Positions 25,581-39,519 are shown, counted from the first letter of the stretch. The stretch: 64,000 nucleotides of DNA from Anaeramoeba ignava BMAN (GCA_028826165.1 JAPDFW010000022.1:762478-826477); one strand, 5' to 3'. Notes: generated by a model not told the origin, from the sequence alone. Numbers and translations: made by a program.

Positions 25581-28060
25581 TTAAAAATCTGTAAAAGCAA
25601 AAATATCATCTTCAAAAAGTTGATTTGCTGAAGATTTCAAATTTTTTTGATTTTTTTTAACTAAATTTGTTTTTTTCTTCTTTTCAAAATTTTTCTTTTC
25701 AGCTATAATTCTTTTTCTTGTTAAAGAAGGATTAATTTTGTTTATTTTTGAATTTTTTGTTTTTGGTTTTTTTTTTGGATTTTTTTCATTTGAATTAATT
25801 AAAGATTTTGATTGAGAATTTTTAACATTTTTTTTAACATTTTTCTTAACATTTTTTTTAACATTTTTCTTTTTCTTTTTTTTTATCTTATCTTTTGTTG
25901 AATTTCTTTCTTTTGTTGAATTTCTTTTTGTTCAATTTCTTTTTGTTCAATTTCTTTTTGTTCAATTTCTTTTTGTTCAATTTCTTTTTCTTCATTCAAA
26001 ATAATAATTTTTTTCTTTAATTCTTCAATTTCTAACTCTTTTTCTTCGGTTACTCTTAACATTTCTTCATCCATTTTTTGTAATTCTCTTGCCATTACAT
26101 CTTTAATTCTTTGAATTTCTTCTTCATTTTGTTTTTTCATTTCTTCAAGTTTTTCAAGTTGATTTTGTTTAATTTGTTGTTCTTGTTTTCCCAATTCTTG
26201 TTTTAATTTTTGGATTTCTGATTTTTGAACTAATAAATTTTGATCTTTATTGTTGATTAAATTTCTTAATTTTTCATTTTCATTCTCAATTTCCAAAATC
26301 ATCAATTTATTTTTTTCTTGTTCTGTTTTAAGAAGAGTAACTATTCCTAATAAATTTTTTCTGTTTTCTTCTTTTTCAAGTAAACTGTCATTTTCTTCTT
26401 CGAATTCAGATATTTTTTGTTTAAGTTCAATAATTTTATGTTCATTTTCTTTGGATATTTTTTGAAGAGAAGAAATTTCTTTTTGATGATTTGTTTTTTC
26501 AACTTCTAGATTCATTTTCTCTTTTTCTGTTTCTTTTGAAATCATTTCCAAATTTTGGAGTTGTTGATTCAAAAGAGAAAATTCCTCTTCTTTTTTGGAT
26601 AATAAAATATTCAAATTGTGCAATTCTTTGATTTGAGAATCAATTATGTTTTGTTTAGAAAATGATTGATTTTGTTGATTTTCAATTTCCATTTCAAAAT
26701 CATTTTTAATTTTTTGATTTGATTCAATTAAATTTTGGATTTCTTCTTTTAATTTCAAATTTTCCTTTTGAAAAACTTGATTTATTGATTGAAGATCTTG
26801 AATTTCTTCTTTTGTTTTGGATTGTGAATCTAAATGAAGAAGGATATCTTGATTCAGATTTTGGTTTTCTTGTTTTAGTTTTTGAATATCGTTTTTGGAT
26901 TCTTTGATTAATTGGATATTTTTTTGAGATTCTTTTTGGAATTGGGATATTTGAATGATTTTCTGTTCAATTTCTTTATTTTGTTGAGTAATTTGTTTGT
27001 TCATTTCTTCAATTTTTTCCAAATCTTTTCCATGTTGTATTTTTTCTAATCAAAAATCAAAATCAAATCAAAAATTTCAAAATCAAAATTTAATTGTTTT
27101 TTTTTTTGTTTTTTACCATTTTTAAGTTGATTTTCTGTTTGATCTTTCAAATTCTCAATTTTTTGTAAATCATTTTCAATTTGAGAAATTTGATCTAATT
27201 GATTTTGAAAAATTTTTTCTAACTCTTTTGAAAATTGTTCTCTTTTTTCAAATTTTTGATGAGAAATGATTAACATTTCTGATATTTTTTCACACATTGC
27301 TTGAGTTGCTGTAATTTCAAAAGCTAATTCTTTAACATAATCTTTTTGAGCTTGATATTTTCCTAAAATTATTGCTTTTTCTTTTTCTAATTCTTGAATT
27401 TTTGAAGATTGAAGATTTTTTTGTTTTTCCAAATTTTCAATTTTTGAATTCTTTTTTTTTTTTTAATAATATTTTTTTTTTAATAATATTTTAAAATTAA
27501 TTAATTAAGAATATTTACTAATATTTGTAAATCTGTTTTAGAACCAACTTGTTCAACCATCCATTTTTCTAAATAAAAAAAAATTTCGAAAAAAAAAGGA
27601 AAAAATTTTTTTGGAAAGAAATTGATCAATAAAAAAATTTTGATCAATAAATTTAATTTTAATTTTAATTTTAATTTTAATTTTAATTTTAATTTTAATT
27701 TTAATTTTAATATTAAATTTAATTTTAATATTAATTTTAATTTTAATATTAATTTTAATTTTAATTTTAATTTTAATATTAATTTTAATTTTAAATTTTA
27801 ATTTTAAATTTAATTTTAATTTTAATTTTAATTTTAAATTGGATTTTAATTTTGATTAGTTTTTGATCATTTATTTTACCTGCTGCTTTTTTTAATTGTT
27901 CAGTTAAATTTTTTTGAGAATTAATTGGATTTACAACTTTATCTTTTATAATTTCTCTTTGTTTTTGTAATGTAAATTGTTGGGATTTATTTAAATTTCT
28001 TGAAAAATTTGGTTGTTTTACTATTTTTCTTAATCTTTCAAATTTAATTGCTTGTTGCAT
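25581..28060 (-). CDS. Long coiled-coil protein, probable synaptonemal complex transverse filament (ZYP1/SYCP1-like); exons 28060-27880, 27568-27519, 27450-27117, 27045-25581 with a 1-nt frameshift near 25890
   Basis: Spliced N-terminus MQQAIKFERLRK...LKKAAEKWMVEQVGSKTDLQILNSKI...ITATQAMCEKISEML; central heptad region; basic tail ending QLFEDDIFAFTDF*. Both termini resemble plant ZYP1 as recalled. Confidence 0.65.
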
Positions 28061-28199
28061 TAAAAACAAAAAAAAAACAAAATTCAAAAAAAAATAATTA
28101 AAAATTTTGTTTTTGTTTTTCTTGTTTTTTAACCATTTATTTTGATCTAAATTTAGCCAGAAAACATTTTAAAATTAAAATTTAAAAAATCCACAAAAA

Positions 28200-29150
28200 A
28201 AAATATTTATTTTTTTGGAAAAGATCAAAAATTAAATTTAATAATTTTAAATATTAGAAAATAAAAGGAAATTAAAAATAAAATTAAAATGTCAAAATTC
28301 TTTTTGTTTTAAAAAATTTTAATTGATTATTATTAATTAAATTTATTTTTAAAAATTGATATAAATTTAAATAAAAATTATTTTATTTTTGGAAAAGATC
28401 AAAAATTTAATTTAATAATTTTAAATATTAGAAAATAAAAGGAAATTAAAAATGAAATTAAAATGTCAAAATTCTTTTGTTTTAAAAATTTTAATTGAAG
28501 TTAATTTAATTTATTTTTAAAAATTGATATAAATTTAAATAAAAAATATTTATTTTTGGAAAAGATCAAAAATTAAATTTAATAATTTTAAATAAAAGAA
28601 AATAAAAGGAAATTAAAAATAAAATTAAAATGTCAAAATTCCTTTTGTTTTAAAAAATTTTAATTGATTATTATTAATTAAATTTATTTTTAAAAATTGA
28701 TATAAATTTAATTAAAAATATATTTATTATTTTTGGAAAAGATCAAAAAATTAATTTAATAATTTTAAATATTAAAATAAAAGAAATTAAAAATAAAATT
28801 AAAATGTCAAAATTCCTTTTGTTTTAAAAAATTTTAATTGATTATTATTAATTTAATTTATTTTTAAAAATTGATATAAATTTAAATAAAAATTATTTTA
28901 TTTATTTGGAAAAGATCAAAAATTAAATTTAATAATTTTAAATAAAAGAAAATAAAAGGAAATTAAAAATGGAATTAAAATGTCAAAATTCCTTTTGTTT
29001 TAAAAAATTTTAATTGATTATTATTAATTTAATTTATTTTTAAAAATTGATATAAATTTAAATAAAATTTATTTTATTTATTTGGAAAAGATCAAAAAAA
29101 TAAATTTAATAATTTTAAATAAAAGAAAATAAAAGGAAATTAAAAATGGA
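28200..29150. repeat. Intergenic tandem repeat, unit about 170-177 bp, about 5.5 copies
   Basis: GGAAAAGATCAAAA recurs near 28216, 28391, 28558, 28735, 28908 and 29083, with AAATGTCAAAATTC following in the full-length units. Confidence 0.9.
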
Positions 29151-29469
29151 CAAGTTTCTTTTTGTTTTAAAAAATCCCTTTAAAAAAAGAAACCCTTTTC
29201 TTTTATTTTTTTTTTAATTTTAAATTGTTTTTTTTTCCTTTTTTTTTTTTCATTTTTCTTTTTCATTTTTTTCATTTACTTTTTCGACAATTCAGTTTAT
29301 TTTTATTACTTTAATTTTTTTTACTTTTTACTTTACTTTTCCACTTTATTCTAATTTTGATTTTTAGACATTCTTCTTTTTATCTTTTTATCTTATTATC
29401 TTTTTATTATCTTTTTATCATTCCAAAAAATAATAACAAAAAAACAATAAAACAAAACAACAAATAAAA

Positions 29470-31216
29470 ATGATTCAAATTAATCCAAAAAGAATAACTC
29501 AATCCGGTTTTTTAAGAAAAAGAGGTTTTTTTATTATTATTTTTTAAAATTAAAATTAAAATTAAAATTAAAATTAAAATTTTTTTTCTTTTTAAAAAAT
29601 TAATATTTTTTTAGGAAAAGTGTTTAAAACTTGGAAGAAAAGATATTTTGTAATGAATGGAAAAACGTTATATTATTACAAAAAAAATACAGTAAAAAAA
29701 AAAAAAGCAAAAAAAAAAAAAAAAAAAGTGGAAAAAGAATTTTTTCTTAAAATCAATTTTTCTTTTAAAAATTAATTAAAAAATAAAAAGGATAAAACAC
29801 CATTAGGAGAAATTCCACTTACAGAAAAAACAACGGTTAAAATATCCAATATCAAAAAAGAGAATTGCTTTGAAATTCAAGTTGGAAAAGAAAAAACATA
29901 TTGTGTTTGTGCATCAACATCAACAGAACGACTCAAATGGATAGAAACAATCAAGTCGATTATTCTGAGTCTTACTCAACCAAAAGTAACTATTGAAGAT
30001 TTTGAGATCATTAGCGTTCTTGGAAGAGGAACTTATGGAAAAGTACAACTTGTGAAAAAAAACGGAACGCAAAATTATTATGCGATGAAAAGTTTACATA
30101 AAGGAAAACTAGCCATTTCGAAGCAGATAGAACAAACAATTGCAGAAAAAGAAGTTTTTCTGCGAACAAATCATCCGTTTCTTGTTTCGCTTAAATACTC
30201 ATTTCAAACGGATGAGAAACTGTTTATGATTTTGGATTATGTTAGTGGAGGTGAATTATATTTTCATTTAAAACAAGAAAAACGGTTCTCGAATGAACGA
30301 GTTCGTCTTTATGCTGCAGAGATTATTTTGGCTATTGAATATCTTCATAAATTGGATATTATTTATCGTGATTTGAAATTGGAAAATATTTTACTTGATT
30401 CTGATGGTCATATTAAGATCACTGATTTTGGATTAGTCAAAGAGAATATTTCGGAACAAAAAGATGGAACAAGAACAATTTGTGGAACTCCTGAGTATAT
30501 GGCTCCTGAAATTCTCTTGGAAATAGGATACTCAAAGCCTGTTGATTGGTGGAGTTTGGGTGTTTTAATGTATGAAATGCTTATTGGTCTTCCTCCTTTT
30601 TATTCTGAAGATATGAATGCTTTATATCAAAAAATTTTGCGTCAACCTTTGAAGTTTCCAACTGATACTCCTGAATTAGCACGAGATTTAATTAAAAAAG
30701 TAGGGAAATCATTTATAAAATTAAAATTCATTTATAAATTAAAAATCATTTATAATTTAAAATTCATTTATAATTTAAAATTCATTTATAATTTAAAAAT
30801 CATTTATAATTTAAAATTAAAAATCATTTATAAAATTCATTTATAATTTAAAATTCATTTATAAATTAAAATTAAAATTAAAATCGGAAAAAAATATTTA
30901 AAATTAAATTTTAAATTAGCTTTTGATTAAAAACCCAAAAAAAAGATTGGGATCAACATCAGATTCTGAATCAATTAAAAATCATCCATATTTTGCTTGT
31001 TATGATTGGGATAAAGTTTATAATAAAGAAATTCAACCAACATTTAAACCTGAAATTAAAGAAATTACAGATATTTCAAATTTTGATAAAGAATTTACAA
31101 AGGAAATGGGAGGAAATTCAGTACCAGAAATAAGTGTTATTGGAAGAGTAAATCAAAAACTTTTTGATGGATTTACTTTTGTAGGAGATGTTGAAGGAGT
31201 TGGAAATTTAAAATGA
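29470..31216 (+). CDS. PH-domain AGC Ser/Thr kinase (Akt/PKB-like); exons 29470-29524, 29615-29691, 29791-30699, 30920-31216
   Basis: PH domain (GFLRKRGKVFKTWKKRYF...WIETI), then LGRGTYGKV, YAMK, YRDLKLEN, DFG, TICGTPEYMAPE, DWWSLG and an AGC C-tail with hydrophobic motif FDGFTF. Confidence 0.93.
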
Positions 31217-31379
31217 TCTTTTTATTATTTTCCATTTTATTTCAATTTTATTTTGAAATTTTAATTATTTGGATTTTATTTCAATGTTTTTGAAATTTAT
31301 TTGGATTTTATTTGAAATGTTATTTATTCTGGATTTGAATTTACAAAAGAATAAATTTTGAAGAAAAAAGCATGTTTTT

Positions 31380-32440
31380 ATATTTATAATTTATATTTAT
31401 TTCTAATTTATATTTATTTATAATTTATAATTGTTTCCGATTTATATTTATTTATAATTTATAATTATTTCTAATTTAAATTTATTTCCGATTTATATTT
31501 ATTTATAATTTATTTATAATTTATATTTATTTCCGATTTATATTTATTTCCAATTTATATTTATTTATAATTTATATTTATTTATAATTTATATTTATTT
31601 ATAATTTATATTTATTTATAATTTATATTTATTTATAATTTATATTTATTTATAATTTATAATTATTTCCAATTTATATTTATTTATAATTTATATTTAT
31701 TTATAATTTATATTTATTTATAATTTATATTTATTTATAATTTATATTTATTTATAATTTATATTTATTTCATAATTTATATTTATTTATAATTTATATT
31801 TATTTCCAATTTATATTTATTTATAATTTATATTTATTTATAATTTATATTTATTTCCAATTTATATTTATTTCCAATTTATAATTATTTACAATTTATA
31901 TTTATTTATAATTTATATTTATTTCTAATTTATATTTATTTCTAATTTATATTTATTTATAATTTATATTTATTTATAATTTATATTTATTTGATTTATA
32001 ATTGTTTATAATTTATATTTATTTTATAATTTATATTTATTTATAATTTATATTTATTTATAATTTATAATTATTTATAATTTATATTTATTTATAATTT
32101 ATATTTATTTCCGATTTATATTTATTTCCGATTTATAATTATTTATAATTTATATTTATTTCCGATTTATATTTATTTCCGATTTATATTTATTTATAAT
32201 TTATATTTATTTATAATTTATATTTATTTCCGATTTATAATTTATTTATAATTTATAATTATTTATAATTTATATTTATTTATAATTTATATTTATTTAT
32301 AATTTATATTTATTTATAATTTATATTTATTTCCGATTTATATTTATTTATAATTTATATTTATTTATAATTTATATTTATTTCTAATTTATATTTATTT
32401 CTAATTTATATTTATTTATAATTTATATTTATTTATATTT
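31380..32440. repeat. Intergenic ~17-bp AT satellite (TTTATATTTATTTATAA, variant TTTCCGA)
   Basis: Direct inspection. Confidence 0.88.
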
Positions 32441-32442
32441 AT

Positions 32443-32500
32443 GTCATTTTTCATTTTTCATTTTTCATTTTTCATTTTTCATTTTTCATTTTTCATTTTT
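32443..32500 (+). promoter_or_regulatory. Tandem TCATTTT initiator-like motifs immediately upstream of the CRNKL1 ATG (representative of a window-wide motif)
   Basis: (TTTTCAT)n directly 5' of ATG 32511; the same motif precedes most starts in the window, on both strands. Confidence 0.55.
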
Positions 32501-32510
32501 TTTATAAACA

Positions 32511-35500
32511 ATGAATCAACTTCCCAAACAATTTAAACCAAAAAACAAAAACGCAGCGAAAATACAAATCACAGCAGAACATTTATTAAAAGAAGCATTA
32601 GCACATCAAGAGAAGCAATCACGGCCACCTGAGCAGATAATAATGGACGAAGATGAACTACAAGAATATCGATCAAGAAAACGAAGAAATTACGAAAACG
32701 CGATCCGAAGAACAAAATTCAACATGGGATCATGGGTGCGTTATGCGCAATGGGAAGCATCACAAGGGGAGCTTATTCGTGCGCGGTCGGTTTTCGAAAG
32801 AGCTATTAGTACAGACTACACTCATGTCCCACTTTGGCTTAATTATGTTGATATGGAAATGAAATATAAAAATATTAATGATGCCAAAAACGTTTTTGAT
32901 CGCGCTGTTTCTCTTTTGCCTAGAGAGAATAAATTTTGGTACAAATATGTTTATATGCAAGAGCTTTTGGGTAATGTTGATGATGCTAGAAATGTCTTTA
33001 AAAGGTGGATGGAATGGGAACCTGATGAAGCTGCTTGGCTTTCTTATATTAAATTCGAAATTAGATATAATGAAATTCAAAATGCTAGAGCTATTTATGA
33101 AGGGTTTATTCGTTGTAAACCTAAAATTTCCACTTATTTAGTAAATAATTTTAAATTAAAATTAAAATTAAAATTAATATTAATATTAAAATTAAAATTA
33201 AAATTAAAATTAAAATTAAAATTAAAATTAAAATTATAATTAAAATTAAAATTAAAATTAAAATTAAAATTAAAATTAAAATTAAAATTAAAATTATAAT
33301 TATAATTAACAAATTAAAATTAAAATTAAAATTAAAATTAAAAATTAAAATTAAAAATTAAAATTAAAATTAAAATTAAAATTAAAATAAAAATTAAAAT
33401 TAAAATTAAATTTAAAATTAAAATTAAAATTAAAATTAAAATAAAAATTAAAATTAAAATTAAATTTAAAATTAAAAATTAAAATTAAAATTAATATTCA
33501 TTTATAAAATTAAAATTAAAATTAAAATTAAATTTAAAAATTAAATTTCGGATAAAAATTTAAAAATAAAATTAAAATTAAAATTAAATTTCGGATAAAA
33601 ATTAATATTAAAATTCATTTATAAAATTAAAATTAAATTTCGGATAAAAATTAATATTAAAATTAAAAATTAAAATTAAAATTAAAATTAAAATTCATTT
33701 ATAAAATTAAATTTAAATTTATTATTAAAATTATTATTAAAATTCATTTATAAAATTTAAAATTAAAATTAAAATTCATTTATAAAATTAATATTAAAAT
33801 TAATATTAAAATTATTGTAGAGATATGCAAAATGGGAAAAAAAATACGGAAATCCTGATTCTGCTAGAAAAATTTATGAACGTACAGCTTTGGAACTTGG
33901 TGAAGACATTCTTGATGAATCTTATTATTGTGCTTTTGCAAAATTTGAAGAAGAACAAAAAGAAGTAAATTTAATAAAATTATTTAATAAAATTATTTAA
34001 TAAAATTATTTAATAAAATTATTTAATAAAATTATTTAATAAAATTATTTAATAAAATTATTTAATAAAAATAGTTTGATCGAGCAAGAGCAATATATAA
34101 ATATGGATTAGATCATATTTCTAAAAAACAAGCAGTTCAATTATATAAAGAATTTATATCATTTGAAAAACAAAATGGAAATCAAACAGAAATTGAAGAA
34201 GTTATTTATAGCAAAAGAAAATTTCAATATGAAGATGTATATGAAGATATCCAACTATTTAATTTAAAAATATTCAAAATATTTAATATATTTAATATAT
34301 TCAAAATATTTAATTTATTTAATATATTCAAAATATTTAATTTATTTAATATATTCAAAATATTTAATTTATTTAAAATATTCAATATATTCAAAATATT
34401 TAATTTATTTAAAATATTCAAAATATTCAATATATTTAATATATTTAATTTATTTAAAATATTTAAAATATTCAAAATATTCAAAATATTCAAAATATTC
34501 AAAATATTCAAAATATTCAAAATATTCAAAATATTCAATATATTCAAAATATTCAAAATATTCAATATATTCAAAATATTCAAAATATTTAATTTATTCA
34601 AAATATTCAAAAATATTTAATATATTCAAATATTCAATTTATTTAAATATTCAAAATATTCAAAATATTCAAAAATATTTAATATATTCAAAATATTCAA
34701 AATATTTAATATATTCAATATATTTAAAATATTTAATATATTCAAAATATTTAATATATTTAAAATATATTCAAAATATTCAATATATTTAAAAATATTT
34801 AATATATTCAAAATATTCAATATATTCAAAATATTTAATATATTTAAAAATATTTAATATATTCAAAATATTCAAAATATTCAAAATATTCAATTTATTC
34901 AAAATATTCAAAATATTCAAAATATTTAATTTAATATATTTAATTTATTCAAAATATTTAAAAATATTCAATATATTCAAAATATTTAATATATTCAAAA
35001 TATTTAATATATTCAATTTATTCAAAATATTCAATTTATTCAAAATATTTAATATATTCAAAATATTTAAAATATTCAAAAATATTCAAAATATTCAATA
35101 TATTTAATTTATTCAAAATATTTAATTTATTTAAAATATTCAATTTATTTAATTTATTTAAAATATTCAATTTATTCAAAATATATTCAAAAATATTCAA
35201 AAATATTCAAAAATATTTAATTTATTCAAAATATTCAATATATTCAAAATATTCAATTTATTTAAAATATTCAAAAATATTCAAAATATTCAAAATATTT
35301 CAAAATATTCAATATATTTAAAAATATTTAAAATATTCAATATATTTAAAATATTTAAAATATTCAATATATTCAATATATTCAAAATATTCAAAATATT
35401 CAAAATATTCAAAATATTCAAAATATTCAAAATATTCAAAATATTTAATATATTTAAAAAATATTCAAAATATTTAATTTATTTAAAATATTTAATATAT

Positions 35501-36566
35501 TTAAAAAATATTTAAATTTTTATTAAAGATACTCGAATCAAACCCAAGAGATTACGATATCTGGTTCGATTACATACGACTTGAAGAGAATCATTCCGAC
35601 ATTAATCGAATCCGTGAAGTATACGAACGAGCAGTCGAAAACAGACCACCAGCAAAAGAAAAACGGTTTTGGAAACGATACATATATTTATGGATCAACT
35701 ATGGATTATTCGAAGAACTTCAAGCGAAAGAAATAACAAAAGCACGAGAAGTATACAAACGAAGTATTGAAGGAATTCCTGAAGAATTTTCATTTTCAAA
35801 GATATGGATCATGTACGCGCACTTTGAGATCCGGTGCAAAGACACCAAGGCAGCAAGAAAAGTATATGGAAACGCACTTGGAAGAGCGCCGAAGGATAAG
35901 ATATATCGAGAATATATTCTGACTGAACTTCAACTTGGTAACGTCAACCGTTGCCGGATTTTATATGAAAAATATCTTGAATTTTCCCCGGCAAATAGTG
36001 AGGCTTGGATCAAATTTGCTGAGCTTGAACAATCTCTTGGAGAAACTAATCGCGCTCGTTCTCTCTTTGAAATCGCAATCCAACAACCTCTTCTTGATGC
36101 TCCTGAACTCATTTGGAAATCTTATATTGATTTCGAAAATCAAATGCAGAATTTTGATAACGTCAGAAATTTGTATCAAAGACTTCTTGAAAAAACTGAA
36201 CATGTCAAAGTGTGGATTGCTTATGCGAAATTTGAATGCGAAATTGATATGATTCAAAATGCTAGAGATATCTTTAAAAATGCTGATCAGATTCTTAAAA
36301 ATCAATCAAAAAAAGATGAACGTTCTCTTTTATTGGATTCTTGGATTGATTTTGAAAATGAATTTGGTGATTCTGATTCTTTGTTAATTGTTCAACAAAA
36401 ATTACCAAAGAAAATTTTGAAAAGAAGAGAAGTTCCTGGTTTTGCTGGAAATATTGAAATTGAAGAATATTGGGATTATGAATTTCCTGATGAAAAAGAA
36501 GAACAAGCAAATGTTAAGTTTTTAGAAATGGCAAAAAAATGGAAAGAACAAAAAATGAAGAAATAA
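32511..36566 (+). CDS. CRNKL1: Crooked-neck/Clf1/Syf3 HAT-repeat splicing factor; exons 32511-33140, 33821-33964, 34075-34236, 35529-36566
   Basis: KNKNAAKIQITAEHLLKEA, DEDELQEYRSRKRRNYE, WVRYAQWE, RARSVFERA, NPRDYDIWFDY, WKRYIYLWINY, EEYWDYEFP and FLEMAKKWK. Confidence 0.96.
34260..35520 (+). repeat. Intronic 9-bp satellite (AAAATATTC/AATATATTT)
   Basis: Direct inspection; lies in CRNKL1 intron 34237-35528. Confidence 0.88.
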
Positions 36567-36697
36567 AATTAAAATTAAAATTAAAAAATTAAAATTAAAA
36601 ATAAAATTAAAATTAAAAGGAATATTTTATGAAAAATGGATTTATATTTTATTTTTGTTTCTTTTTCTTGTTTTAAAAAGAATTTTTATTTTTCATT

Positions 36698-39435
36698 TCA
36701 TTTTCGTTCATCTTTTTGTGTTTGATTTCTTGAAGTATGTGTTCGATGAGTTTTAATATCTGAATGATTTGAATTAATTTCATTGTTTTCAGCTGATCTT
36801 TTTCTTCGACTTCTTGAATCTGAACGAGAATGTGAATGATCTGAATGATGTGAATGTGAATATGAATGTGAATGATGTGAATGAGAATGATAATCTGAAT
36901 GAGAATGATAATTTGAATGAGAATGTGGATAATTAGAATGAGAATGATAATCTGAATGAGAATATGAATGATTTGAATGATGAGGATCATAATGATGAGA
37001 ACGAGAAATGCTTTCATTTAAATTTTGAATTGGATTTTGAACAGGATTTTGAACTAAATTTTGAACTAAATTTTGAATTGGATTTTCATTTTGATTTTGA
37101 ATTGAATTTTGAATTGGATTTGGATTTTCATTTTGATTTTGAATTGGATTTGGATTTTGAGTAAAAATAGGATTAAAAGTTTCTAGATTTTGTATTGGAG
37201 GATTTAATGAAGGAAAAGAATTTTGAGGATAAAAATTCAATATTGAAGATAAAAGTTGAGGATCTAATTGATTTAATTCTTGTTCTTTGTTTTCTTGTTC
37301 TTTTTTTGAATTTAATTCTTGGTCTTTGTTTTCTGGTTGTGTTTCTGTTGGTAATTTGTTTTCATCAGAAGATTTTGTTTGAATTGCAGTTGAATTCCAA
37401 GAAATATTTGGGGTTGTATTAGTTTGTTGCGAAGAATCCCAAGGGGAAATAATTGAAGGATTCCAAGCAGGCAATATTGGATTGATTACTGCTGCTGCAT
37501 TTGGGTTTTCAAATTGAGTATCTTCTGGTTTTGTAGGAAAATGTCTTGAAGATTCATTTTGAAATTGAAAATTTTGAGATGAAAAGTTGTTTTGATAAGG
37601 ATTATAAAAATAATTTCCTTGTGGTTTGTTATGGAAATTTAATCCGTGATAAGAATTCGGATTATTTTTGTTTGGGAAATGTGAACGTGAGTTTTTCTTT
37701 TGAGATACAAATTGATAAAGTTGAGGATTCACTTTTTGTTCTGATTCTATTAAAATTTTTATTAAATTTGATGCTTGTTTTGCAGAGTCTGCTGTGAAGA
37801 ATGAGTATGCTACTCCTTTTTTACCTGCTCTTGCAGTTCTACCTATACGATGGACATAATCTTCATTACGTTTTGGGAAGTCGTAATTGATTACATATTT
37901 AATATCTTTAACATCTCTGAATATTTTAATTTTTAATTTTTAATTTTTAATTTTTAATTTTTAATTTTATTTTTTAATTTTTAATTTTATTTTTTAATTT
38001 TTAATTTTTAATTTTTAATTTTATTTTTTAATTTTTAATTTTTAATTTTAATTTTAATTTTAATTTTTATTTGTTTTTATTCTTTAAAAAATACTTACAA
38101 ACCACGTGAAGCAACATCAGTCGCAATCAAAATAGGTGGAAATCCTTTGCGAAATGATCTCAAAACATACTCTCGTTGATGCTGAGATTTATCACCATGA
38201 ATAGACAAAACAGGAAAACCATCAGACTTCAATTCATTAGCAAGTTCTTCAGCACAAACTTTAGTATCAACAAAAACAAGAATTTTGCCATCATTTCTAA
38301 TTTGAGCGAGAAGATTTTTAAACTTAATTTTCTTTTCAAAATTAGGAACAACATCAACAATTTGAGTGACATTTTTATTAGCAGAGAGATCAAGGGATCC
38401 AATATTAACTCTTATAGGATGATATAAGAATTCATGTGCGAGTTTTTGGACATCTTTTGGCCATGTGGCACTCCATAAAAGAGTCTGTTTTTTGCTAACA
38501 ATCTGGGAAAGTATTCTCCGAATCTGTGGCTCAAACCCCATGTCCAACATGCGGTCTGCTTCGTCAAGTACTAGATAGCTTACGCTACGCATGTTGGTTT
38601 CCCCAGAGTCTAAAAAGTCTATTAATCTCCCTGGTGTGGCGATGATAACGTGCGGATTGCGACGAAGTTCATCGATTTGATGAATTTTTGGAATGCCGCC
38701 ATAAACACAAGCGTTATGAATCCCAACAACACTTCCAAACTCATCGCACACTTCTTTGATTTGTTTGGCTAATTCTCTTGTTGGCGCAAGCACAAGAACA
38801 ACAGGACCTGATCTGTATTTGTTGTCCCCACTTTCTGCCCTTATATGCTCAAATGCGGGAAGAAGGAATGCTAATGTTTTGCCGCTTCCTGTCTCAGCCA
38901 CTCCAATAAAATCGTTTCCGGAAAGAACAATCGGCCATCCTTGAGATTGGATTGGTGTCGGGGTTTTCCACCCGCGATTGTAGAGTTTGTCCACAATGAT
39001 CTGAGGAAACGGTGTTTGATCAAAAGAGATAATTGGCTTTGTTCCAATCCCTTCTGTTTCATCTCCAAGAACAGTGATTTCCTGTTCCTCGCGATATTTC
39101 CTCACTTGCTCATTTGTTAAGTTTTTGACTCCTGTATGCTCTTGGTATTTGGGTCTTTGTGTCCCTATTTGGCTCAATGTGGATCTGTTTTTTTCTTCTT
39201 CCCTATTTTGCGGATTATTTATACCTAAACTCGGTTGTTGTTCGTTATATCCCCTTTTCAACCCCTCTGAAACACCTATATTTGTATTTTCTTCCCCTCT
39301 TCTTGTTGACTGTATATGTTGATCCCCTGTATTCACAGGTGTTGTGTATTGTTGTCCTGTTTGTGCGATGTTGTATCCATATCCATAAGGATACATTGTG
39401 TTTAATAAATCATATTGTCCGTTGAAACCGGTCAT
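36698..39435 (-). CDS. DBP2: DEAD-box RNA helicase of the DBP2/DDX5/DDX17 subfamily; exons 39435-38099 and 37916-36698
   Basis: Q motif [73 protein letters not shown]|[14 protein letters not shown] and [12 protein letters not shown]. Confidence 0.93.
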
Positions 39436-39519
39436 TTGTGCTTTTTTTTTTGAAAAGTTCAAATTTTTGTTAATTGATTTATTCTTTTAATATCTTATGA
39501 ATTTTTTTTTAATTTTTAA

